Below, one piece after another: positions 44,904 through 52,760 of a stretch of 64,000 bases of DNA (its first letter is position 1; each line of letters starts with the position of its first letter). The translations under genes and the position numbers were made by a program. This DNA comes from Anaerolineaceae bacterium (GTDB taxonomy: Bacteria > Chloroflexota > Anaerolineae > Anaerolineales > Anaerolineaceae), in assembly GCA_034428895.1 (NCBI GenBank), contig DAOUGM010000015.1:743-64742 (forward strand). Reading direction: 5' to 3'. A model generated the notes under the pieces. The model had not been told where the DNA came from and searched no databases. It was given only the letters and a program-made list of their open reading frames with translations.

Positions 44904-44932
44904 ATATTACGACATTACAAATTAAAATGCAA
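44904..44932 (-). promoter_or_regulatory. Candidate sigma-70 promoter for the HAD/mutase/kinase array
   Basis: Minus strand: TTGCAT (44927-44932), 17-nt spacer, TAATAT (44904-44909), about 70 nt upstream of the ATG at 44833. Confidence 0.35.
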
Positions 44933-45104
44933 GAGATCGTTCAGGAGATACTATTTAGTCGAGAAATCCTCACGGCCTTGAGAATCTTCGATCAGTGTCC
45001 ATATTCAATTCTTAAAATTTTCAACAATATCTAAAAAAGAGTCAATTTCCTGAGATAATAAACAAGGGGGGCAAAAATATTTATTTGTTGGAAGGTTGAA
45101 TAAT

Positions 45105-47114
45105 ATGCACGAACTCCCACTTTTGATTAATATTACCATCGCTCTTGTTGCTGCATTTATTGGAGGAATTCTTGCCAAGCGCATCGGGCTTCCAACCATT
45201 GTCGGGTATCTACTCGCAGGCATAGTCATTGGTCCTTTCACCCCTGGATTTGTTGGAGATGTAGAAACCATTCAGCAATTGGCTGAGCTGGGGGTCATCT
45301 TTTTAATGTTTGGGGTCGGACTGCATTTTTCTCTGCCGCAGTTATGGCGGGTGCGGAAGATCGCCATTCCTGGTGCGTTGATCCAGACGGCGCTTGCCAC
45401 ATTGGCGGGTGTGGGGTTAACCCAATTGTGGGGATGGAGCCTTTCCGCCAGTGTTGTACTTGGTTTATCGATCTCGGTCGCCAGCACCGTGGTTTTGCTG
45501 CGCGGACTGATGGATAACAACCTGCTCAATTCTTCACACGGTCAGGCTGCTGTGGGCTGGTTGGTGATGGAAGACATTCTTTCGGTAATGATCCTGGTGT
45601 TCATGCCCGTATTGGTACCAGGCGAAAGTGGTTTTCAATGGGGAAGCATGGCCATTACTCTGCTTAAAGCCGCTGCCTTTGGTGTGATCATGTTCTTTGT
45701 TGGCACGCGGTTGATCCCCTGGATGCTCGAACGGGTGGCGCATATGCATTCCCGCGAGTTATTCATCCTGGTTGTATTGGTGGTTACGCTGGGTACAGCC
45801 ATGGCGGCGGCGAACTTGTTCGGGGTTTCGTTGGCCCTCGGTGCTTTTGTGGCAGGAGCCATCATCAGTCAATCGCATCTCAGCCATCAGGTGGGTGCGG
45901 ATGTTTTTTCTTTCCGTGAAGCCTTTAGCGTTCTATTCTTCGTCTCGGTTGGAATGCTGGTCAACCCTGTTTTCCTCTGGCAAAACCTGGGCCAGGTGGC
46001 AGCCCTTTCTGCCCTGGTAATCATTGGTAAATTAATCATTGTTTTGCTGATGTCATTTTTCTTTCCTCAACCGGTTCGTACCTTCGTTATCATTGCGGTC
46101 GGGCTGAGCCAGGTCGGCGAGTTTTCCTTCATTCTCGGGCAGGGCGGACTGGCAGCAAATTTGCTGACCTCCAACCAGTACTCATTGATCCTGGCAGCCT
46201 CGCTCATTTCAATGACAGCCAACCCATTTATGTACAGGTTGATCAAGCCGCTGGAGAAGCTGATGCATCGGATTCCCGCATTTCATGCCAAGGCAGAACA
46301 AAAGGTGCAAATTTTGGAACCTCCGGAAAAACCGCTCAAGGATCATGTTGTCATCGTTGGTTATGACCGGGTCGGAAAACACATGGTGGATGTGCTCACC
46401 TCTCTCAACATTCCGCTCATGGTGGTTGAGGAAGACGTGGATCGGATCTCAGAAATTCAAAAGCGGAACATAAAAGCACTTTTTGGGGATGCCTCCAATT
46501 CTGAAGTGTTGAACCAAACCAACCTGCCGTGTGCCCGGGTGCTCGTGTCCACCATTCCTGATGAAACAGCCACAGCCATGATCGTCACCAAGGCGCGCGA
46601 TCTGGCACCTGAGTTGACCATTGTAGCGCGTTCTGCAACGCAGAATGGCGTGGGAGAACTTGCCCGGCTGGGTGCGAATTACATTGTCCAGCCTGAACTG
46701 GAAGGCGGGTTGGAATTACTGCATCACACCTTGCTGGAATTGGGATTCCCGCTACGCGAGGTTCACGAATATGCCCAGGCGGTACGACGTGACCATTACA
46801 ATCTTGAGGTGATGAGCGCCGACGAGCACCGCACATTGGATGAAATGCTCCTGGCATTTGAAGGGATCGAGATTTCCTGGGTTAAGGTGGATGAAAACAG
46901 TCCACTGGTTGGAATTACGCTGGCGGGTGCCGGGATCCGAGCGCGGACGGGCGCCTCAGTTGTAGCGCTGATTCGAGAGAACACGCTTTACCCGAATCCG
47001 AAATCCAGCAGTATTTTCGAAGTCGGCGACAGGCTGGGGTTGATCGGTGAAAACGAGCAGATCGAAGCCGCCCGCCGGATTGTACACCCTGAAACGGGTG
47101 AAGCAGAAGCTTGA
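45105..47114 (+). CDS. CPA2-family monovalent cation:proton antiporter with C-terminal RCK (TrkA-N / TrkA-C) domains (KefB/YbaL-like)
   Basis: The N-terminus GLPTIVGYLLAGIVIGPFTPGF is typical of Kef-type exchangers. The C-terminus has the Rossmann motif HVVIVGYDRVG. Start set to ATG at 45105, 9 nt after GGAAGG (the ORF-track start is a TTG). Confidence 0.85.
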   Translation: MHELPLLINITIALVAAFIGGILAKRIGLPTIVGYLLAGIVIGPFTPGFVGDVETIQQLAELGVIFLMFGVGLHFSLPQLWRVRKIAIPGALIQTALATLAGVGLTQLWGWSLSASVVLGLSISVASTVVLLRGLMDNNLLNSSHGQAAVGWLVMEDILSVMILVFMPVLVPGESGFQWGSMAITLLKAAAFGVIMFFVGTRLIPWMLERVAHMHSRELFILVVLVVTLGTAMAAANLFGVSLALGAFVAGAIISQSHLSHQVGADVFSFREAFSVLFFVSVGMLVNPVFLWQNLGQVAALSALVIIGKLIIVLLMSFFFPQPVRTFVIIAVGLSQVGEFSFILGQGGLAANLLTSNQYSLILAASLISMTANPFMYRLIKPLEKLMHRIPAFHAKAEQKVQILEPPEKPLKDHVVIVGYDRVGKHMVDVLTSLNIPLMVVEEDVDRISEIQKRNIKALFGDASNSEVLNQTNLPCARVLVSTIPDETATAMIVTKARDLAPELTIVARSATQNGVGELARLGANYIVQPELEGGLELLHHTLLELGFPLREVHEYAQAVRRDHYNLEVMSADEHRTLDEMLLAFEGIEISWVKVDENSPLVGITLAGAGIRARTGASVVALIRENTLYPNPKSSSIFEVGDRLGLIGENEQIEAARRIVHPETGEAEA

Positions 47115-47137
47115 GATTTTGTGAAAGAAAAGAAATG

Positions 47138-47178
47138 AAACAAGGTCTGCAATTGAATTCTGCAGACCTTGTTTTTAT
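47138..47178 (+). terminator. Rho-independent terminator after the antiporter gene
   Basis: 14-bp perfect stem (47138-47151 pairs with 47161-47174) followed by a T-run. Confidence 0.7.
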
Positions 47179-47198
47179 CGGTGAACCGAAACTCAGCC

Positions 47199-48017
47199 TT
47201 AACCTTTCAACGAACCGGCCATCATACCGCGGATAAAGTATCTTCCAAGAAGGACGTAAACCAGCAAGGTGGGCAAAGCCGCCAGCAGCGAGGCGGCCAT
47301 CTGAACGTTCCAGGCAATGATCTGACCGCCTGCCAGGTTGTTTAATGCCACGGTGACCGTCCAGTTCTTGGAACTGGTGAGCACAACCGAAAAAAGAAAA
47401 TCATTCCACGCCTGGGTGAATTGCCAGATCAAGACGACCACAAAGCTGGGAAGGGAGATGGGCAGCAAAATGCTCCAGTAGATACCCAGCATACCCGCGC
47501 CGTCAATTTTCGAGGCTTCTACCAGTTCGTTTGGAATGCTGGCATAATAATTGCGGAAAGTTAACGTGGTGATGGGAATGCCGTAAATGATGTGGGTAAG
47601 GATCAATCCCGGCAGTCCTCCATAGAGATCGATCTTGTGCATAAAATCCACCAGCGGGATCAAAATGGATTGGTAGGGGATGAACATACCGAAAAGGATC
47701 AGCGGGAAAATGATATCGGCACCCTTAAACTTCCACTTTGCCAGGACATAACCATTTAGTGACCCCAATATGGAGGATATCACTGCAGCAGGGATGACCA
47801 TGCGGATGCTGTTCCACAGGTATGGCTTCAAATGTTCGAAGGCTTGAATAAAATTGGCAACACTCAAGTGTTTGGGGAGGTTCCACATGGTTTTAATGCT
47901 GACTTCATCCAGTCCTTTCAGGCCGGTGACCAGCATTACGTACATGGGCATCAAGTAGAAGATCGCCAACAGGACCAGGGGAATATAGCTCAGGTAGCGG
48001 GTTTTGCTGCGGATCAT
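47199..48017 (-). CDS. Carbohydrate ABC transporter permease (MalG-like)
   Basis: BPD-type permease with the EAA loop (LVEASKIDGAGMLGIYW). Start revised to ATG at 48017, which overlaps the upstream stop (ATGA). Confidence 0.85.
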   Translation of the reverse strand: MIRSKTRYLSYIPLVLLAIFYLMPMYVMLVTGLKGLDEVSIKTMWNLPKHLSVANFIQAFEHLKPYLWNSIRMVIPAAVISSILGSLNGYVLAKWKFKGADIIFPLILFGMFIPYQSILIPLVDFMHKIDLYGGLPGLILTHIIYGIPITTLTFRNYYASIPNELVEASKIDGAGMLGIYWSILLPISLPSFVVVLIWQFTQAWNDFLFSVVLTSSKNWTVTVALNNLAGGQIIAWNVQMAASLLAALPTLLVYVLLGRYFIRGMMAGSLKG

Positions 48018-48904
48018 AGCTGAGCCTCCCTTCGCAGAGAGTAGAACAAATATGGAATGATCAGAACTGCCACACTGATCAAAAGCAGGATACTGATGGC
48101 AGCGCCGCTGCCGTAAAGATGCGCGTCGAAGGTTGTGTTCCACATATAAATGGAAGGCATATCCAGCGCATATTGCTTGCCCACAGTGGCGATGATGAGG
48201 TCGAAGGTCTTGAGCGACATGTGCCCGAGAATGATCAATGCGCTTAATGTGACCGGCCGCAGCAGGGGCAACACAATATGTCGAAATATTCCGAGTTCCG
48301 TGGCGCCGTCCACACGGGCGGCTTCACGCAGTTCATCCGGAATGGCGCGCAGGCCTGCAAGGTACAGCGCCATGCAATACCCTGAGAGCTGCCAGACGGC
48401 TGGAATGGCGATGAATGCCATTCCCCAGCCGGGAGTGGCAGTATAGTTGCTGAACATAAAATCCAGACCTAGTTTATTAAAGAGCAGGTTGAGACCCGTC
48501 ATGCGTGAACCGGTGGCAGGGTTCATCAACCAGCGCCAGGCTACACCGGTAACAATGTACGAAATAGCCATGGGAAACAGGAAAAGGCTCCTGAAAAATC
48601 CTTCCCCTTTTAATCCCTGGTCAAGCAGCAGGGCGGTGATCAACCCCAGAACCAGGGTGCCGACGATGAAGGGAACCGTGAATAGCAGTGTGTTGCGAAT
48701 ATCCACTTGAAAACGCGGATCGTTGGTGAGCAGGTTGATATAGTTCTTAAAACCCACCCAGGTATAATCGGGTAAAATGCCCTTCCACCCGGTGAACGAT
48801 ACCCGCGCAGTCCATCCAATGAAGCCGTAAATAAAGATTGCCACGGCCAGGATGGAGGGGGACACGAGTAAAAATGCTTGCCATTTTTCTTTTTTATTCC
48901 GCAT
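48014..48904 (-). CDS. Carbohydrate ABC transporter permease (MalF/UgpA-like)
   Basis: 296 aa, 6 TM segments, EAA loop LREAARVDGATELGIFRHI. Confidence 0.85.
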   Translation of the reverse strand: MRNKKEKWQAFLLVSPSILAVAIFIYGFIGWTARVSFTGWKGILPDYTWVGFKNYINLLTNDPRFQVDIRNTLLFTVPFIVGTLVLGLITALLLDQGLKGEGFFRSLFLFPMAISYIVTGVAWRWLMNPATGSRMTGLNLLFNKLGLDFMFSNYTATPGWGMAFIAIPAVWQLSGYCMALYLAGLRAIPDELREAARVDGATELGIFRHIVLPLLRPVTLSALIILGHMSLKTFDLIIATVGKQYALDMPSIYMWNTTFDAHLYGSGAAISILLLISVAVLIIPYLFYSLRREAQL

Positions 48905-49011
48905 GGAAAATCCTATGTGTCGAAAAAAGATTCAAAATGATACCAGATATAAATAATATAGACACTCAATGATTTAATTTATTGGGCGATACGGGATGAT
49001 TCGATTGAACC

Positions 49012-49043
49012 CGGTCATCGGGAGAATCCTCTCCCGATGACCG
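49012..49043 (-). other. Intra-operon stem-loop after the sugar SBP gene
   Basis: 14-bp perfect stem: CGGTCATCGGGAGA (49012-49025) pairs with TCTCCCGATGACCG (49030-49043), 4-nt loop. No U-tract follows. Confidence 0.45.
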
Positions 49044-49060
49044 TTGGATTCAAAAACTGA

Positions 49061-50422
49061 TTACTTGCAAGGACCGGATGCAGCGCAGGAACTGACCAGA
49101 AGTGCTTGCAGTTTTGCGCCGTCCTTATCGGTCAGATAGGCACCGAAGCCATCATTGATAGCGGCTTTCCAGGTGTCGTTGGCAACCACGCCGTGCCACA
49201 ATGATCCGACAACCTTGTCGGTCTTCCAGTCCGCCATGGCAGACTGCAGATAGACGTTGTACAGGGAGACGTCCGCATCGCTGCGAGCCGGGATGGAACC
49301 TTTAACAGGATTGAAGGCATCCTGTCCCTCTTTGGAACCGCAGAGGGTCAGCCACTTGATGGCGGCATCGCGGTGCTTGGCACCCACAGGCAGGTTGAAG
49401 CTGTCGGAGAGGAAGTCATAGGAACCCTTGGTTCCGGGAACTGCCATCCATGCGTAGTCAGTTTCAGGAGTGAGTCCCAGGTTCCCGCCTTCGGTCGTTC
49501 CGGCGAAGTATCCATCAGCCCAGTCGCCCATGATGTTGAAGGCTGCATCGCCATCGGCAACGAGTTTGGATGCGTCCTGCCAGGTCAAGGTCGCGTAATC
49601 TGTATTGGCATAGGAGAGAAGCTTGGCAAAGTTCTCGATGGATTTTTTGACACCTTCGCTTGCCCAATCCGACTCGCCATTCCACAGCGCGGTGTAGGTG
49701 TCTGCACCCACAGTGGCCAGCAGAACAGTTTCATACATATGGACGACGGTCCACTGTTCACCGAGTGCCAGCGGGGCTTCCATGCCGGCAGCTTTGAGGG
49801 CTTCGAGGGCAGCGAGGAAGCTGTCGAAGTTCGTGGGATCGGGAGCGGCAACATTGTACTGGGCTAGGACCTTGGGGTTGTACCACAACACATTGGCGCG
49901 GTGAATGTTCACTGGAACGGAATAGGGGTGACCATCCTGTGAAATCAAGGGGATGAGGGTGGCCGGGAATACATCATACCAGCCGTTTTCCGCATAGAGG
50001 TCATCCAATGGTTCCAACTGTCCGGCAGCCACATAGGTACCAATCATTTCCTGTCCGGCATGCCCCTGGAATGAATCGGGGGGATCGCCCGCGGAAAGAC
50101 GGGTGGCCAGCACGGCCTTGGCATTCGAGCCGGCACCGCCGGCAACCGCCGCGTTGATGAACTTAATGGTTGGATACTTTGCATTCCAGATGGCGATCAT
50201 CGCATCCAGTCCTGCGGCTTCACCGCCGCCCGTCCACCAGGAGAATACCTCCAACTCGGTATCACCAGCGGGAGCTTCGGTAGCGGGTGGGGCTGCCGGT
50301 GCTTCGGTGGCAGCAGGGGCTTCAGTGGCTACAGGCGCCTCCGTGGCTTTGGCGCAGGCCGCCAGTAGCAATGTGGCTACTAGCACGATTGCAATCACGA
50401 TCGTAATTCTCTTGTTTGACAT
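49061..50422 (-). CDS. Carbohydrate ABC transporter substrate-binding lipoprotein (SBP family 1)
   Basis: 453 aa with lipobox LLLAAC followed by the linker ATEAPVATEAPAATEAPAAPPATEAP. The body is typical of sugar-binding proteins. Confidence 0.85.
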   Translation of the reverse strand: MSNKRITIVIAIVLVATLLLAACAKATEAPVATEAPAATEAPAAPPATEAPAGDTELEVFSWWTGGGEAAGLDAMIAIWNAKYPTIKFINAAVAGGAGSNAKAVLATRLSAGDPPDSFQGHAGQEMIGTYVAAGQLEPLDDLYAENGWYDVFPATLIPLISQDGHPYSVPVNIHRANVLWYNPKVLAQYNVAAPDPTNFDSFLAALEALKAAGMEAPLALGEQWTVVHMYETVLLATVGADTYTALWNGESDWASEGVKKSIENFAKLLSYANTDYATLTWQDASKLVADGDAAFNIMGDWADGYFAGTTEGGNLGLTPETDYAWMAVPGTKGSYDFLSDSFNLPVGAKHRDAAIKWLTLCGSKEGQDAFNPVKGSIPARSDADVSLYNVYLQSAMADWKTDKVVGSLWHGVVANDTWKAAINDGFGAYLTDKDGAKLQALLVSSCAASGPCK

Positions 50423-50621
50423 TCTTTCTCCTCCTCTGAGTATTTGGATAGGCTTATCTTGACATCGGTCTTGGAACTTAAGCCATATATTGATTATATA
50501 GTTCCGAATTTTAAATACAACTGTCTGTAAAGATTTGTTCCGATCCCCCTTTGATATTAAAAAGGTCGATTGAGAAATAGGAATACATGATCCTCGAGGT
50601 CCCCTTGCTGATATTTTTTAT

Positions 50622-50649
50622 TTGACGTGTTGAACGTGTAACCTAATAC
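50622..50649 (+). promoter_or_regulatory. Candidate sigma-70 promoter preceding a ~200-nt leader
   Basis: TTGACG (50622-50627), 16-nt spacer, TAATAC (50644-50649), with an A/T-rich UP-like tract upstream. Confidence 0.3.
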
Positions 50650-50813
50650 AGTCTCAATTTGAAAATATTATTATTTCGTGCTAGACTTTAAGTACATCGA
50701 CGACAACATCCACCGTTTTTGGAGCATTTTTATCCGACTTTGTCGCGGAGGATCGTTGATGGCAATGTAGTCCATAGAAGTTTTTAACAGCCCTGGTTCA
50801 TAAAAAATATTGC

Positions 50814-50853
50814 ACAACCCGGAAACGATGGCCGTTCTCCGGGTTGTTTTTTT
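50814..50853 (+). terminator. Intrinsic-terminator-like hairpin plus T7 run lying immediately upstream of an RBS (attenuator or sRNA 3' end candidate)
   Basis: ACAACCCGGA (50814-50823) pairs with TCCGGGTTGT (50838-50847), with inner AACG/CGTT pairs. It is followed by TTTTTTT, and the RBS AAAGGAGG of the 50870 ORF begins about 4 nt later. Confidence 0.5.
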
Positions 50854-50869
50854 CAAAAGGAGGTGAAGC

Positions 50870-51163
50870 ATGAAAACCAGGATCTTATGCGCGTGCCTTG
50901 TCGTGCTCATCAGTGCTGCAGCCTGTACCAGTCAGCCTTCTGCGGCCAAACCCTTCAATAAGGAATCAAAAACCCTGATGACGGCCGGGCATTACTCACT
51001 TATATTTCTGCCCACTGGTTCCCACCTCGAGCGGATTATCCCCATGACGGGAAAGACCGGCGTATCCACAAACAAGAATAAGAGATGTGAGTTGCAAACG
51101 GTAGGTGTTCTTTCACGCTTTGGTCGTTCATTAATGCACCGCTGCTTGAATACCAACCATTAA
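50870..51163 (+). CDS. Small hypothetical lipoprotein
   Basis: 97 aa with a strong RBS (AAGGAGGTG, 5-nt spacing), a signal peptide and lipobox (LISAAAC). Confidence 0.5.
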   Translation: MKTRILCACLVVLISAAACTSQPSAAKPFNKESKTLMTAGHYSLIFLPTGSHLERIIPMTGKTGVSTNKNKRCELQTVGVLSRFGRSLMHRCLNTNH

Positions 51164-51475
51164 AACGGGAGATAAGTCAATGATTTAAATAAACTGATGA
51201 TTGTTTGCAGTCGTCGGGAGGGGGGGCAATTTTTTGATCAATATTGAGAGAAACGGGCGGATGCAATTTTTAAGGTAGAACAGGCTCTTCTAGTTCACAA
51301 AGAGTAATTTCCATTTACTTTGAGGGATTCACATAACTTGCCGAATTTCAAGACCATGGCGATCAGAAATAATAAATCCCAAAATATGCTACTTGTGATA
51401 AAATTTGGATTCCCGCAACGTTACATAACATACAACATTATTGATCAGGGATACATCTTTTATCTATAGGTAGTC

Positions 51476-52267
51476 ATGAAAAAGAAGACCCTTTGGTTTA
51501 CTGCGGCACTTGCCATTAGTTCTGTAATACTGTTTTTTCAAATTCAATCAAGTTTACCCGCATTCACAAGCCCAGATCTGGCAGCTTCCAGAGATCGACA
51601 AGCCGAGCCTGCACTGCAAAACAAGTTTAAATCTACCCAGGCTGTAAAGGCAGAACAGGTACATGTTGCAGTCATCAGAGGCAGCGATCAACTGGCATCT
51701 GCAACCGGAGGCGAGGAATTCATTCAGACTTCCATAAACGCGTCTGCCTTCACGTCCCTCCAGGCAGATTATTCCATCGCAAACACCCACAACGGTCAAT
51801 TTCCATCTCTTGAGGAATTCGCTGCCGATGTCAGGGCACATGGCATGGGAGGACTTTGGGCGGATGGACTTTTCGCGTACCGATTCTATGCCGCCGAATG
51901 GGGTATAGTGCCGGATTCCTCAAATACTGCTTCATATTCCAGGTTGGATGGATATCATGGATTTTTCATTCATAATTACCTGGGCGGCAGTCGGTTGTAT
52001 GCCGTGTCCGGTGGAATACGAGTCGCTGTGATCGGGACGGAGGGAATCGATTGGTATGAGATCAACGGTATCCATCGCTTTGCCGGAACGAGCACCGGGA
52101 ACGGCTGTGAATATATTGCTCCATTTTATGACTGGAATGGGGGGAACTCTTACAGCGCTTTGGATCTTCTTAAAACCTACTATACCTCTCCTTTTGCAAT
52201 CCAAACGTGTATCTGTACTGGAAATAAAAATGGGATGCTGATCCTGACGGGATCACCGATATATTAA
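51476..52267 (+). CDS. Hypothetical secreted or membrane-anchored protein
   Basis: 263 aa with an N-terminal signal/anchor (MKKKTLWFTAALAISSVILFF). I recognise no family. Confidence 0.5.
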   Translation: MKKKTLWFTAALAISSVILFFQIQSSLPAFTSPDLAASRDRQAEPALQNKFKSTQAVKAEQVHVAVIRGSDQLASATGGEEFIQTSINASAFTSLQADYSIANTHNGQFPSLEEFAADVRAHGMGGLWADGLFAYRFYAAEWGIVPDSSNTASYSRLDGYHGFFIHNYLGGSRLYAVSGGIRVAVIGTEGIDWYEINGIHRFAGTSTGNGCEYIAPFYDWNGGNSYSALDLLKTYYTSPFAIQTCICTGNKNGMLILTGSPIY

Positions 52268-52760
52268 GCGAATTTTCTGTTGCAGATTTCCAATGGTTGA
52301 ATGTAACGGCACTTTACATCCTTCGAAATGGATAGATTTCAGGATTTCATATCGCCAAATTTAAAATTTGGTAAATATCGAGATTCAATTTAAGATTTGC
52401 CACTTGTTTGTGACGCGGACGACTGCTTCTTCTGTACATAGAAGTCAGTCGAAGCATAGAAAATAAAGATGCAGTCCTGACAATCGTTTATGCCAAGGAA
52501 CCTTCATTCCACCTCACGCGATGCGGAAGTGAAACAGGTATTCTTTTGACATTTGTAATTATTTGGTAAATAAACAATCAATCTCTCAAATAAAAAAAAT
52601 TTCCAAATAGATAATTCTTCTCTCAATTTCACTGGGCAATGGCGGAATGGTCATGCACAAAATGAGTTAAGTTATACTTAATTGCAGGCATAACTTCAAT
52701 GATCATCGATCCAACAACCTGGACCTCATTCCACCAATATTGTGAAGGAGAAATTACGAT

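Noticed and set aside
25912-44932. Interpreting the locus as a phosphonate (phn/pep-mutase) or iron-uptake cluster, because of the common annotations 'phosphonopyruvate decarboxylase-related' for ApgM homologs and 'iron ABC transporter' for Afu-like systems.
   Set aside because: No PEP mutase, C-P lyase, phosphonatase (DxAGT HAD), siderophore or iron-regulator genes are present. The regulator is a phosphosugar-type RpiR/SIS protein.
51476-52267. Sortase-like enzyme. The protein has a signal anchor, an internal His, and a C-terminal ..AIQTCIC.. that is reminiscent of the TLxTC catalytic motif.
   Set aside because: There is no downstream conserved Arg and no recognisable sortase beta-barrel blocks. 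The resemblance rests on a 3-residue match, so I kept it as hypothetical.
52355-52371. Perfect 8-1-8 palindrome CCAAATTTaAAATTTGG.
   Set aside because: It is composed almost entirely of A/T in an AT-rich spacer and lies far (~390 nt) from the next start codon, so it is likely to arise by chance. It is mentioned only within the AT-rich-region finding.
52268-52760. Purine or other riboswitch upstream of the nucleobase-catabolism operon. A weak TTGACA-containing promoter near 52546 was also considered.
   Set aside because: I could not find purine-riboswitch core elements, or any conserved riboswitch signature I know. The promoter spacing to any -10-like hexamer is poor. An Rfam scan is needed.
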